A stretch of DNA of 64,000 nt, taken from the NCBI GenBank assembly GCA_964016885.1, contig OZ024741.1, forward strand, positions 379,192,001 to 379,256,000, in the 5' to 3' direction. Under the pieces are notes generated by a model. It was given only the letters and a program-made list of their open reading frames with translations, did no database searches and was not told the DNA's origin. This DNA is from Eledone cirrhosa (taxonomy: Eukaryota). The position numbers and the translations under genes were made by a program. Below, one piece after another: positions 28,501 to 42,179 of the stretch (its first letter is position 1; the number at the start of each line of letters is the position of its first letter).

Positions 28501-29460
28501 TCATCTACCACTAAATTTAGGATGTCAACCGAATCTTGTCCTAGCCCGTCAGCACTCATCTCCTCAGTGGCCGTATCTCTGTTCCAGGTATTATTTATCT
28601 CAGTATTCAGATCATTGTCTGCTTCGGGTGGTTCCTCCGTTCTCAGGACCTCCTCACCTTCATTTCCCGCCGGCTCGCTTGTCTGGCATACTACACCCGC
28701 CATCTCCAAGCCATTCTCTCTGCTCAGTTCCTCCAGTTCCAGCTCGCTTATCCACCCATTATTTCTTATTACCCGAGCCTGCCCGGCCAATTTTTGTTCA
28801 TCTAATTTAAATAAACCAATCTCGTTCCAGATGTTATGCATCCGTCTCCTGTAGCCCCTCTCCTTGGGGTTACTTTTCAGGTAGCATTGCATAACAGTTC
28901 TATTCAATTCTTTCTTCCAGTTGGTTCTGGCCCCTTTCCTTCTTCTTCTTCCTCCAATATCAGCAGTATTTGGTTGACAGTCAGGTTCCTGCTGCTGAGC
29001 CAGGGGGCACCTGTTGGGTGAGAGTCTGTCACATGACGTTCTAGTCTCCATTTCACCGTTATTCGAACTGTTTATGTTCGATATTTAAACACTCTTATCG
29101 AGGATTGGCGAATGTATGTTTACATAGCCATCTGTGGATCCGCCATCCCACTTGGCCCTTGTGTGGCATTATCACCACGCTGTATACGGACACACATAAA
29201 CAAACAAACACACGGGCAGAAAGGGCCCCAAAAATGAATAATAATAAGTTTCATTGTAATGTAGTATTCGAATGTCTGACTTAGTTTTTGTTTTTTAAGT
29301 TTTACTTTTTCCCCCCTCTTCTCTGTCCGTCCGCCTGCTTCTCTCTTCATTCTTATTTTCTTTACGTTTTTGGGGTTTCTTTTTTTGTTTTTGTTTTTCT
29401 CTGTTTTTCTCGTTTTTTACTGTTGTTGCTGTGCTGCTTTTGTTGTTTGTTTTTTCTTTT
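25581..29460 (-). mobile_element. Full-length RLE non-LTR retrotransposon (R4/Dong-like) inserted in (TAA)n
   Basis: Single intact ORF and short 3' UTR, with (TAA)n at 25544-25580 and 29465-29557. The 5' boundary is approximate. Confidence 0.9.
25659..29051 (-). CDS. Retrotransposon protein: reverse transcriptase, CCHC zinc knuckle and restriction-like PD-(D/E)xK endonuclease (1130 aa)
   Basis: KSPGPDG, YRPITCL, EQKGC, WIDYRKAFDMV, GIFQGDSLSPLLF, LFMDDLKL, YKYLG, CRICGEREETVAHIVSEC, RHD, RPDLVVVD..IVDVACP..EK..RY. Confidence 0.96.
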   Translation of the reverse strand: METRTSCDRLSPNRCPLAQQQEPDCQPNTADIGGRRRRKGARTNWKKELNRTVMQCYLKSNPKERGYRRRMHNIWNEIGLFKLDEQKLAGQARVIRNNGWISELELEELSRENGLEMAGVVCQTSEPAGNEGEEVLRTEEPPEADNDLNTEINNTWNRDTATEEMSADGLGQDSVDILNLVVDELNNDSGRPMNLRFVDRKKLKETTAKVNKVIPYLEARSLHQCNNILKATANTVRKLLGIKARGNNRQERAEPWWKKRLSGQIGEMRNDIGKLESLLNGTLKNIGTKNRLEIKYKTRSKKLNIIIEELKQRIVAKSAKIRRYENRVSQYKQNRMFDNNQKMLFGQLEGKERGNDLIPGAEQAKTFWRGIWEQDVRHNAQAGWIETVQREIGEQAQQQTDLSITVETLKGQAKKLTNWKSPGPDGVQGYWIKHLTSLHPKLTAMFNDCLVSGEVPEWLTKGTTVLIMKDRIKGNDVTNYRPITCLPVMWKLLTSIVSEEIYHHLHTNNLLPDEQKGCRKKSRGTKDQLLIDKMVMGNCRRRHTDLAMGWIDYRKAFDMVPHSWITKSLEIFRVADNIRQLLGRSMVSWETELTSTGVSLGSVKIKRGIFQGDSLSPLLFVLALMPLTIMLRKVRAGYKLGMGELTINHLLFMDDLKLFGKSEKELDVLVDTVRIFSSDICMQFGIGKCGVIVMRRGRLSRSNGIQIPTGEMIKEIDSEEGYKYLGVLEADGIKNKKMKELLRTEYIRRVRSVLKSHLNSRNAISAVNSRAVSIIRYSAGILRWNVAEQKEMDRKTRKLLTIYNMFHKRSDVDRLYLRRSEGGRGLISIEDCVQMEKNNLYKYVTYSKEPMLRAVLKEGTVGQGISKEEITSRRKSSLKGKSLHSTFFEKTEFRDPQTWNWLRRGDLKKATEGMLMAAQEQALKTKWLKHHIYKEEASPLCRICGEREETVAHIVSECKHLAQTHYKGWRHDVMGRVIHWHLCKVNNLPHSEKWYEHRPEAVMENSQVKVLWDFRIQTDKKLEHNRPDLVVVDKEKRSCLIVDVACPFDTRVQEKEREKINRYQDLKWEVKRIWNCHEVKVIPIFIGALGTISKGFQGWLKKIGPFTLFGTLQKACLLGTARTLRYVLNS

Positions 29461-29463
29461 TTC

Positions 29464-29464
<1 letters not shown>

Positions 29465-29532
<68 letters not shown>

Positions 29533-29557
29533 GTTATTATTATTATTATTATTATTT
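29465..29557. repeat. (TAA)n tract 5' of the intact element
   Basis: (tta)n run. Confidence 0.95.
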
Positions 29558-29645
29558 ATATACCTTAGATTAAACTACAACTATGTTGACAATCTTTTAA
29601 TAATGTCTTCCTTGTGAAATGTGTGGTCTTGTCTTACTGAACTTA

Positions 29646-29684
<39 letters not shown>

Positions 29685-29809
29685 ATCTATATTGGAAAAC
29701 CCAAATATTCATCATATATATAGGTGTGTATATATATATATATAAGTTATTTCGGGTTGAATCATGTTGATTTCTTACGAATGAATCAGTTCTAGCCCTG
29801 TAGAAGCTC

Positions 29810-29865
<56 letters not shown>

Positions 29866-29888
29866 ATTAGTTGTTTAATAAAGTCCAG

Positions 29889-29957
<69 letters not shown>

Positions 29958-31405
29958 GATAAATGGATATTTATTCATATCCTATGTGATAGGCTTCGCC
30001 ACATAAAAGATTCAACTTTGTTACATTGCTGATTAATGTCTTGTCTCTAGCTATGTTTTAATTTATTAGGCTTCCTATCTTCGCATATTTCCTTTCAATA
30101 TCGTTGCTGCTCTGAAACTAAAACTCTTCATGTCAACATTTTCCAATTGACCTAGTATCGGAATTTCTACTCGGTCATTCGAGGAGTTACAAATAGCAGC
30201 AGAACATTTACGTAAAACTCTTCCGACAAACATTCATGATATGCAGAAAAGAGTCCAAAATATAATATATCTCGCCTTTGAATCTAACCAAATTAAATAC
30301 TCTGTATTTAGTAATATGTGTGCCATCTAAATGCATATACCACGAGTTTACCAATAACAGCATAGAAAATAAAATAGCATATCCAGAACAAATATATAGA
30401 TTGCATGCTCTTTACTGGTTGAATACTGCCTTACAATTTATCCTGGATTATACGAGGTTGGCTGCAAAGTTCATTGACTGACTATGCATTATTGAAGCTA
30501 GAGCTGTGAAATATTGCATGCATTAATTCAAACTCTTCTTATTAATAATTGCATTTTTTCTGTCCATGGACACTCTTTAAAAATGAACCTTATTTATTAA
30601 TTCGATGAGATTAATTTTGTCAGCTCATGAACTGTTCAGCCTATTAATATTTCAGCTGAGCCTCGTAATTTGAATGTTTTCTAATGAATATGTTTCAAAA
30701 GATGCCTTATAATATTCCACGTGTATCAATATTAACAGATTATACTCCGGTTAGAAATCTGCTGTTGACCTAGTGAATATCTTATATAAACTTTTAAAAA
30801 AGAAACGTTCTTTTTTCGAATCCTGTCACCAGCTGAATACTGGATGAGTAAGGTCAACGAAATGTCGTATAGATGAATCTCTTGATCAATAAATTACGCA
30901 GAATATAAGAAAAAATAGGGAAAGCCAACTTTCATAATGTCAACCCTAGTAAATGACTGGAACTACATTTTACCGTCCCCACAATGATGAAGACCAACTT
31001 GAACTGAGTGGGGATTTGAAGTTGAAATGTAAAGAACCAGAAGACATTCTGCAATGATATATTTTGTGAAACTTTTCCATTTCTGCCAATCCACGACCTT
31101 CCTAGCTATGAATATTAAAAAAAACAATTTCACCTCTAAATATTACGTAAATATTCTAAATAATGATATCCTATATTAAGAAAAGTTCATCTCACACATT
31201 TTAACATATAGCATTGCTGACTGAAATCAAACCTGGTGAAAAGCTCCCATGTTCCATGATAAACATACTTTTCGATGAAGCTGAAGTAGGCTTAAATGTA
31301 TTAATCGTGTCTTTTTATGCAGTGAAAATGTATATTTCGCATGATTACATGACCACATACTAATCGTGTAGATTTGCATATACATGTACGCAGTATATAT
31401 ATATG

Positions 31406-31530
<125 letters not shown>

Positions 31531-31951
31531 ATGTGTGTATATGTGTCTGTGTGTGTGGGTAGGGGGGGGGCGTGTGATTGTGTGCGTGTGTATGTTTATA
31601 TATAATGGTAACTCACAAAGTAATGCATGTTTAATATTAAAATTCAGAAATAAATTTTATGACTGCTTCATACTGTTACAAAAACATAATTTCTTTCGCG
31701 TGCGTATATCAAAGGGAGTTAGTAATTTAGTAAATTTAATGTTATTTAATAGTTCTTATTTTATATCTCTATAATGTTGCATAACTATCCTTTGATCTAA
31801 ATTTATGATATAGAAATTATTAAAAAAATGAATAAGTGGACTGCTTCGAACGCATAATTTATGGGATATTATATCATGACCTACATTATAAAGTAGGCTG
31901 TTTGACATTTTCACAATACAATTCCCTACTTTCGCCCAATATGCATGTATG

Positions 31952-32104
<153 letters not shown>

Positions 32105-32159
32105 GTATATATATAAACATAAATACAAATATATAGATATATAGACATATTGATAGATA

Positions 32160-33045
32160 TAAATCATGGAATAGCTTAGATAGGACTAAACATAAGATAG
32201 GGAAAGCCACCTCATGGTACGACAACCAGAGATACCAGAGTGTCATGTTAGTGGACGCTACCCCTGGAGGGAAATTAGCTAACCGGTATTGAAATGCCCT
32301 GAGAAAGACCCACTTAAAGATTAAGGTGATAGAAAAGCCAGGAACTACCAGAACATACCTGATCAGCAAAACATACCCTTTTAAGAAAACCCACTGTAGT
32401 AATTGGAAATGTATTATATGTAAAGTAAACACCCGGATAAACTGTAAAACTAGAAACGTCGGATAAGTTGTACAGAGGGTACTTGCAGAAACATGACAAC
32501 AACCTACATAGGCGAGACAGCTCGTAGAAAAGGTGAAATAATAGACCAACACTGGGGGGAACTAAAAGAATGAAAAAACGGTTCAGTACTATACGACCAC
32601 GCCAGACAACATAGAAATTAAAATAATATATAAACATATAAATGACCCAGCAGATAGGCAAATCCGAGAGGCATGTGAAAGAGATCTTAGAATGCCAAAG
32701 CAAAACAGAAAAAAATGAATGGAATAACAACAGCACCCAAACAAACAATACTGCACTAAGAGAAATATGAATAAATAAATAAATAAAAAGATTAAATAAA
32801 GATGGCGTAGACATACAATACAACAGGAGGAAACATAATAGCACCACTGACGATGTTGCAGATGTGCAACGAAAGAATTTTGTTAGATTATATATATATA
32901 TATGTGATTGTGTCTATATTATATCTTTAATTTTGACCATTGGTCAGTCAACGGTAAACATTGAGGCCGGAATAATTAACTGGTGAGTGTGTTCTGTTAT
33001 TAATACTGGCAATATTATTACAACAATATGACCCTCCACATGTAT

Positions 33046-33050
<5 letters not shown>
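32160..33050 (+). mobile_element. 5'-truncated PLE related to 12240-14120 (linker, GIY-YIG relic and pLTR with HHR at about 32842-32885), between (TA)n tracts
   Basis: [16 protein letters not shown]; IKVIEKPG; NCKTRN; YIGETAR. HHR: CTGACGA t gttgca gatg tgcaac GAAA gaat. The tail atgaccctccacatgtataacaat matches 14075-14098. Confidence 0.75.
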
Positions 33051-33097
<47 letters not shown>

Positions 33098-33100
<3 letters not shown>

Positions 33101-33778
33101 AGTTAATATAAATTAATATATATGATAAAACACAAATACCAACATATAAGTGTTTGTATTGTAAATGACTAAGTTAGCTAGATTGAAAAATACTAATTAT
33201 AATAATACAGTTTGCCTGTCTCGATTTAAAATAATAAATCAATAAAAACAAACGATATTGGCAAATGGCCGTGGTACTTAGACAAATTTAAATTTCAAAA
33301 TCAAACCTGTTCCGTAGATAAATTTAAACTTCAAAATCCAAATAAGTTTCGAGATGAAAAAGTGAAAGAATAACCCGTTCAGCTCTCCTCAGTAAGTACC
33401 CTGAAAAATTGGTATGCTTCACTTCAAAATATTTAAAAAGACTGTTTAACGCTCATGGTTTTCCAGTTTGTAGCTGCTGCATACTCGTTCTGCTAGAAAT
33501 AACAGCCGTTTATATGGGGCTAAAGTTAGCTCTACATAAGGTGCAGTGATACTAAGAATAATGAGTTTTAAACTCAAGCAGTCCTTTACAATGAAATAGC
33601 TCAAAGAAAGAAGTATTTCTGAGCCGTGTAATACAAGTTAATATACATTAATATATATGGTAAAACACAAATGCCAACATATAAGTGTTTGTATTGTAAA
33701 TGACTAAGTTAGCTAGATTGAAAAATACTAATTATAATAATACAGTTTGCCTGTCTCGATTTAAAATAATAAATCAAT
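33098..33778 (-). repeat. About 135-bp direct repeats (33110-33243 / 33645-33778) enclosing a degenerate minus-strand HHR (about 33338-33396); PLE pLTR relic
   Basis: aaaacacaaat.ccaacatataagtgtttg...aataaatcaat occurs twice. Minus strand: CTGAGGA gag..tgaa...ttca.ctc GAAA ctta. Confidence 0.55.
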
Positions 33779-33916
33779 GGTTCTCTTTTGAGATGAGTTT
33801 GAATTATTTTTCCTACATCTTACGTTAACTATCTTTCCCATCTTGACGACATAGTCGCATATATATTATAGAATACTGTTAGCTTCTCGCTAAAACAATT
33901 TCTATACCTTTCATTT

Positions 33917-34052
<136 letters not shown>

Positions 34053-34081
34053 GTATATATATATATTCTATACCTTTCATT

Positions 34082-34194
<113 letters not shown>

Positions 34195-34832
34195 GTATAT
34201 ATATATATGTATTTATATATATGAAAGACTTAAAATAAGAAAATTATAAAAATTAACTTACTCACTAAAATTTAACTCCAACTAATTAGTTTCTGAAAGG
34301 GAATAAACATGGTTTATATACAAATTCTTTATATGTATTTATATATATACATATATACTTATACGTACGTGAGATTTTGGACGAAAGTAAGGAATTGTAT
34401 TGTGAAAATGACAAACAGCCTACATTATAGTGTAAGTCATCATATATATATATATATATATACACAAATCTCAGACAAAAAAAAACGTACATATAGATAT
34501 ATGTGTGAGTGTGATTGTGTATGCTTGTGTGTAAGAGGAATGTTGAAAGGAAATAATTGGTTCGGATTACAATTGGAAGCCAACCTTAAGTTAATTTATT
34601 GTAAAACTATTGTATACCTGTGTAAATGCTATGCTGGTGTGATATAATAAAGAACGGGTGTCAAAGCATGTTCGTGTTGGTAAATTTATCAACGAAATTC
34701 AAAGGGATTTTGAAGACCATGCGTATAATATATTTAAACACAAATGCATGCCCATAAACTCACATTCCAAGTCACATAAATAATACATTTAACAGACACA
34801 TGCCTACATACACACACACGCACACACACACA

Positions 34833-34938
<106 letters not shown>

Positions 34939-35001
34939 ATGGACAAATTTGAACAGGAACAAAACAGAGAGGCAGTACAACGAATGTTTATTAATTTCAC
35001 G

Positions 35002-35045
<44 letters not shown>

Positions 35046-35327
35046 GGAGGAGTACATATATAGGGTGTAGAGAGAGACTGAGAATGGAAGATTATATCAA
35101 ATAACATGAACCTCAACGCGTGGATGGGTTCCGAAATGGGTTCTATGAATACATAGAATTGCATTGTGGTAGAAGCATAAAAATATATACACCAAAATAC
35201 ATTCCGCAGTTATTCTGAAAATATCGAGTAAAATGTCGATAATTTTACTTTTAAAGAGACACCAAAAATGATATCTATTCATACACACAGATGTACACAT
35301 ATATTTATCTCTCTTTATATATATGTA

Positions 35328-35421
<94 letters not shown>

Positions 35422-35619
35422 CATTCGATAGATATTCACACCATTATCGTTCTCTTCTCTAATTTTTCCCGACCACACATTGAATAATTTTGTCTACTAG
35501 TTTCCCAACATGAAAATTGGAACACCCGTAAGTATAATCACAAATACTATAGAAGGTATGAGACGCGTTGATTATTGTGTTTGATAGAAAACCTCAAACT
35601 CGTCTTTCTACAATGCTGT

Positions 35620-35975
35620 GCGAAATAGTCCTTTAGCATTTCATAATGTGCACCTAATGTTTTGTGCACTGTGCTATACATCAATAAACTCGCATCCCAT
35701 AACAACATTACGTCACAATTATTCCACATCTCCCGGTCCTGCTCTCTTTAACACTACCCCAAACACACATTAAATCAGTAACATTCCATAGAATTCAAAA
35801 CAACTTTGGATAAATTCTCCAAGAAATCCGGGACAAATATTTTACTCACGGATATATGTCCGTAACAATAACTTTCTACATGACTGGGCCATGGTGTCCA
35901 AATGCAGATTTGAAAGACTACGCTAGGTGGTGCTAATACGTTAGACATGACTACCGCTAATACTGGCTAAAACCC
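35620..35975 (+). pseudogene. 3' end of a CR1/L2-like LINE ORF2, decayed
   Basis: TLRHNYS..GPALFNTTP...EFKTTLDKF, similar to the GPxLFNxLP...FKxxLD C-terminal signature. Confidence 0.55.
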
Positions 35976-36829
35976 ATCAATGATGTATATATACATATAT
36001 AGAAGTTGTCACGGAAGTCACTATTTTGAATAGCAATGAATACCCCAAAATTGATAGTATGTTTTGTGACACATACGTACCATCATACTACATCCATTTT
36101 TATTGTGTGTTTATGAGTCTGAGTGCATGGCAATGACTCTACATTTACTTTTGTGTGAGTATGTGTAAGGTAAACATATTATTTTAGTTCCTATGTGGAA
36201 GTGTATAGTTGCATCTAAAATTAATGACATATTTCTTGGTAAATAAATTATCATATCAGATATCGATTACATCCTATATTATTCTTTTGACTAGGACACA
36301 GTACGCTGAAACGTTTTCCATTGTTAGAAAAAACAAACACCCAAATATACATATATTTATTATATGTATAGAGTTAGTCTAGTATCAACTGTTGTTTGTT
36401 GTTTCAAGTTTGCACTATATACGAGGTGTCTAAGAAAATTATTACACTGTAATTCTTCAAATGTACTATATGTTCTATGTGAAATATATGCCTGCATCAT
36501 TGTGTTGGTAAAGTGTGTGTAACTGAACACTGCTTCATACAATATTAGTAACGCACAGCATTGTGCAACAATTTACGAATATACAATCTTGCGTTAGTAT
36601 ACGTCGGTCATTTGATGCCATGTTGAACTGACGTGTGAAAGCACAATGTAAAATATATCTTAGAGATATTTTACATGTCGGCATGTATGAGAACAGTTTC
36701 GGTTCGGTGAAGAGAATTCTTGTAGGTGCCCGAAGGAATAATTCAGGCCTGGGTTGATGGGTTGTACCAATATAATCAGTGGAAAGCGATCTTTTAACTT
36801 AGCCAGTACGTACAGTGTGTTTGGAGGGG

Positions 36830-37600
36830 CTTTGTAGGACGACGACTGTCTGCTCATCCACCACTACTCAATCTGCCGTGCAACAGAGCAAATCAGAAAA
36901 AATGACCAGGACTTCTCTAACCTGTGAATCCGGATTACCATCCAGCTCCAGCTTAGTTCAGTGTACTTCCGGGACGTCACAATGAACCTCGAAACTGGAC
37001 TAAAGCTACCCGTAGAAAATTTCCAATATGTCAACAGAAATGTAAATAAATACGAAAAGCTATCTTACTCAACAAAACCAAATATAGCACATCATATTGC
37101 TGCATCTGACAGGTCAAGTCTCAACAGACACAGATCCCACATTCCAACCCGCCCGACAAAAGAATAAAACTACAATTGCCACAACCGGGAAGAATTCCGT
37201 CTGGACACCAAATAGCTATATATTAATGTAGAGTATAAATGCGAAGTAAGCACCAGCACACAGACAAAGCCATGCATATGCGTAACAGCCTACAGTTTCA
37301 AATTTCTGATTCACGCACTCCAGATATTACTTCCGTCAATCAGAGCGAAAGCATACAATGTGCCTCTCCAGTCACATGTCGTGATTAGGCACAAATGGAA
37401 TACACTACCAACTACTCTGGACTAACATCACTAGAGCTCTACCCTGCTCGGGAGGAGGTGGCCTTTTCGATTTGTGCTGCTCGTCCGAAGCATCGTGCAT
37501 ACTCTTCGTAAGGGAAACTTTAGTAAATAAAATATCTGAGCTAGTGAGAAAATGTATGTACCACATAAAATAGACGTTCCTATGCCTGAAACTAATACCC
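36830..37600 (+). pseudogene. Highly decayed Naiad-type PLE fragment
   Basis: DVTMNLETG; KLSYSTKPNIAHHI; NCHNREE; VEYKCEV; WNTL; CDLC-like relic. Confidence 0.55.
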
Positions 37601-38796
37601 AATATTGAAGTTTAATGATCTAAAACTAACAAGCACTGGAACCCCATGGCATTTAAGCACACTCATTGGCCTGTAACTGGATTAGCTACACATTACACAC
37701 CTTCCCAAACACCCGCACTTATCATAGGAATTCACGTGCATAGTCTCATGGTCATCACACCATTCTCATACTCGTCACCTAATATATCCACATAATGCAT
37801 ATATTGTACCATCAACCAGCCACTACTTACGTTAGTATCCCTTTACAAAATATATCCCGAATGTGTATATGTACAAATAGTTTTAACACTTGCACTTCCC
37901 CGTTTCATGTATGGGTTTATTAATGTAGCATGTACATATGTGCGTATATGTGTATGATACATATAGTTCCCAGTTTACAGACAAAATTTAACACCTCCTC
38001 ACCACATTTGGATATGCATTGGCCTATGTGTATGCATGTGAGAATGTGTATTGATGTCCACGTGTATGTGCACGTTCATATACTTGTGTATGTATGTATC
38101 TGTTCGTACATGACTGTGCATGTATCCGCACATGTGTTGGTATGTGTCCATGTATGAATGTGCTTGTGACTGTGTGTGTATACTTTACCCACTCATCTCT
38201 ACCACCTACTCGTTTATTTACTCTGTATTTTACCTGACCCAATTCCTTTCCCTAATGTAATAATTGATATATTTGTTCATGCATATCTAGGAAAATCATT
38301 CAAAAACTCCCCAGTATAATTGCGTGTATTTTTGTGTACACATAATATATAAACGTTATCATTGGTTACTGAACCATATTATGCACCTTAGCTATTCTAA
38401 AGCCTATATATTCTATTTTATTTCATTTTATCTTTTTTAATCCTATTTACTAATTTACTTAAACATCTGCTTATTTAACCGGTACTTTGTCTTTAATTTT
38501 CTCTTCTTAAAATGGTCCTTCAACCACTATACGTATGACCATTATACCCATTTTCCTCTAACCCATTAAACAACCCAGAGCAACTCCCACCCTCATTATT
38601 TCTTTCCCATAACCGATTGCCTGTGCTGATACACTTAACATTGTCCTCATCCTACTTTCTCTACCAGTCAATTGTGGTACTATCGTAAACTAAACCAAGC
38701 ACTACCCAGAAGATTGAACTATATTTACAAAACAACACTCAAGCCGAAACTCAATGGCGCCGCAGTGTTGAATTTACATCTCTCTCTCTCTTTCTT

Positions 38797-38905
<109 letters not shown>

Positions 38906-39408
38906 GAATAAAATATATTTTTGAACTGATTCCAACACCAACACCACTACCAACATTAGAGTAGAGGTGAGATGTACTTAACAATAACAAGAACAACCAC
39001 TACATATAGCCTCGCCTCAGAACGAATTTCTATAGATTTTTGACTGAGGAATGTTCTCACAACTGACCAATGAGAGGATAATATGTCCTTTGACACTGAA
39101 ATTAGTTTGTTTAAATTCATATGATTCCAGTTCCTCAGTGAAACAACGACCCAGCCAGGAACTGGGCATATCAGAGTATTGACACAGTTAAACACCTCAA
39201 CAACATGTGTACTCGTCTCTACCACACTAATTCGGACTGCCTGTCACCGAAATATATATAGCAGTAATAAACGAACCCACATTTTAAACATTTGACTTAT
39301 TTATTTTATTTTATTTTACATTACTCCGGAGTAACCAAACCAACCTGCGCACCTCGTCGAGTGCTCCAATCAGCATACTGAGGTGTTGGTATACAACCAA
39401 CATATACT

Positions 39409-39460
<52 letters not shown>

Positions 39461-39468
<8 letters not shown>

Positions 39469-40176
39469 AAATGTGTGTAATCCTTGGTACAGTTAGGTAT
39501 ATTAAGACAGGGGGGAAGAAAAAATGGCTTCACTTGTGCTTTCAACAAATTTATTTTCTTCACAAAATCCAAAAATAATTTCTTTCCGGATTAGAAGAAA
39601 TTTTTTTCTTAAAAAAAATTATTTTATGAATTAAGTTTTTGGTTGTTGGTTAGGTCTTAGGAGTTCTTGGTTAACGTAGGAGGTATTGTTTCGTTTTTAG
39701 AACGACCTTTCACGCTGAGGTGCGCTTGTCAAACTGATGTGTATGTGGTGTGTTGTTCTATATATAGGGATTTAACATGTCTGTTTTTTGGGGGAGTTTT
39801 TTTCTCCCCTTTAATAAGTGTATGTGTGTAGGTGTGTTGAAAAAGTGTTAATAGCAGTAATGAGTTGAGACGGTGAGTAGGGTTGGGTGGGGAGAAATGT
39901 AGCAAGTGCGGCTTGCCCCGGTTATTCTCGAAAAACTCCTTTATTCAGGGGAAAAAGCTTTTAGTATTCCTTTGTGTTCGCACCTGCCAAGTTTGTAAAC
40001 AATTATTTTTTTCTGAAGAACTCCTAAGACCTAACCAACAACCAACAACTTAATTTATAAAATAATTTTTTTTAAGAAAAAATTTCTTTTAATCCGAAAA
40101 AAAATTATTTTTAGATTTTGTGAAGAAAATAAATTTGTTGAAAGCACAAGTGAAGCCATTTTTTCTTCCCCCTGTC

Positions 40177-40180
<4 letters not shown>
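39461..40180 (-). mobile_element. Solo pLTR with inverted terminal segment, same family as 1149-1979, between (TA)n tracts
   Basis: 39461-39980 closely matches 1149-1650. 40015-40180 is the reverse complement of about 39500-39670. The HHR variant TTGACAA is at 39698-39739 (minus). Confidence 0.8.
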
Positions 40181-40220
<40 letters not shown>

Positions 40221-41054
40221 TACGGTATATTTAATAAATATTCATTTTTGAAAATCCCAACTATGAATACAAAAGCTGATAGCCGGCGCAATCTAGCAGA
40301 TTCTAGCAGAAGCAGTGGAGGATAATATTTTATGCATTTCGACAATACATCCTCTTGCTTACTGCTGGAATTTGAAACAATCAAAATGATATAGTATTAT
40401 TCTGTGTATGGGGCTGATCAGCCTCATTTCCATATGAAGCTGTCGTAATAACATGGGAGAGCCACATCAGTGCTAGAGAAAAACATAGAGAGATGGGAAG
40501 GGTCGAAAGAAATATGAAAATAGTCAAGAAAACAGCTGAAGTACCACAAGTTGCGTTGCCAGAAACAATGTAGAGAGTGATATGGGAAGATACTAAATTA
40601 GTCAGATTTTGAGTGACAGAAAGAGAGATACATGGTATATCGTTTCCCGCGTAAAACCATAAGGTCTAGAAGGATGTAGAGGTCATCATGATGTTATGGT
40701 TCTATATCTCTCCCGATAGTTTACACTCTTTATATTCTTTATATTCTTTCCCCTTTCAATATGTTTTTGGATTTGCCATTCCTCCAACATTTTCTGCTCC
40801 ATCGATTTCATTCCCGCTTTGCTTTTCCCTTCTTCTCTTATGTTCTCTCTTTTTGACCCTTTTCATTTTGCATCTCATGCCTTAGACACTCTCTATTCCA
40901 TTCCCTTCCTCCCTTTTTTCTGCCGCTCAATATACGATTATATTTTAATCCGAATCTTTGCTATGCACATATAAATCAACTGTTTGCAGCTTGCCAGCCA
41001 TTGAGGTTCCTATGATTTTTAAAAATATTTTTGGAATATATTACCATTGTAAGG

Positions 41055-41139
41055 GGTCTGATGAGCCGTGGATTACAGAATCGGGCTAGATCAATACATA
41101 TCGAATCTTGAGCTGATCAGTGGCGAAATCCGCGTCACC
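41055..41139 (+). ncRNA. Type I hammerhead ribozyme with extended stem II
   Basis: ggt CTGATGA gcc ...ggc GAAA tccgcg TC acc, followed by aataaa. Confidence 0.7.
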
Positions 41140-41354
41140 AACCAATAAACCAATCGTCTTTGTTTTATTTTACTATAATTGTTTCTGCTTTTGGCCCAAT
41201 GCCAGCAATTATCCCAGTGTATTACTGGTACTGGTTTTATTTTACTATAATACACTCTGTCTAGCTCTACAGCTCGACACAGCAGTGATCCTAAACATCG
41301 AGTGCTCACCCGTGTGAACGTACAGTAACTCCAATTTACAACTCTGGATATATG

Positions 41355-41415
<61 letters not shown>

Positions 41416-41775
41416 GTTACAATGTGGATGTGAGTATATGTATTTTGTAGAGGGGTGCAAATATGTTTGTGTGAGAATGCGGGGGTGAAAGGATACGTAC
41501 ACTGGAAAGAAAACATTTAAGTCTGAATGTTAATTAAGTGCAAACACAAAACCAACCACGCATATCTTTACTATCTCTAATCCCTCTATATATTTAGAAA
41601 AATAACCAATAATATATTCTATAAAAATGTCAAAACAACAGATGGGAATCTAATTAATCACTGCCACCAAAAATTCTCACTGCTATCAAAAAACCACTCC
41701 CTCAACTATTCTTCTAACAACTTCACCCCTCTCTCCTAACATTCTCTATAAAAACCAAACAGGTCCTCAGTAATA

Positions 41776-41896
41776 TTATTCTGATGAAATGACAGTAAAT
41801 AATAATATTGAAATATTGATTGTCTGCATAACTAATACTTTGTAGATAGCAGCTGTTTTCAGGTTATGTAACTGTTATAGAAACACGTGTCAATAA
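41776..41896 (+). ncRNA. Type I hammerhead ribozyme with extended stem II
   Basis: ttatt CTGATGA aatgacagt...actgttata GAAA cacgtg TC aataa. Palindromic stem III, perfect stem I. Confidence 0.8.
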
Positions 41897-41927
41897 ATTC
41901 CTTTCAACTAAACTGTATCCATTCAAA

Positions 41928-42000
<73 letters not shown>

Positions 42001-42024
42001 GAACTCTGTTCCCACACACTTCTC

Positions 42025-42056
42025 ACCTGAGGAAGGGCTTATGCCCGAAACGTCGT
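42025..42056 (+). ncRNA. Minimal hammerhead ribozyme
   Basis: ac CTGAGGA a gggc ttat gccc GAAA cg TC gt; lies in a roughly 150-bp insert between (TA)n tracts. Confidence 0.7.
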
Positions 42057-42144
42057 CCCCCACCTACCCCCCACTCTCCTGAGCGTAAAATTAATAAACA
42101 TTTATTGTACTGCCTCTCTGTTTTGTCCCTGTTCAAATTTTTAC

Positions 42145-42179
<35 letters not shown>

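Noticed and set aside
25732-29021. Plus-strand ORFs overlapping the 1130-aa ORF (and similar ones over 173-1126 and 20401-23313)
   Set aside because: Antisense shadows of real coding frames with no independent motifs.
29095-29200. Twister or HDV-like ribozyme in the 5' UTR of the intact R4-like element
   Set aside because: Some pairing exists (taatgcca/tggcg), but the conserved twister and HDV core nucleotides could not be placed.
41788-41825. SECIS-like ATGA...AA...GA inside an HHR stem II insert
   Set aside because: Helix II above the putative quartet does not pair.
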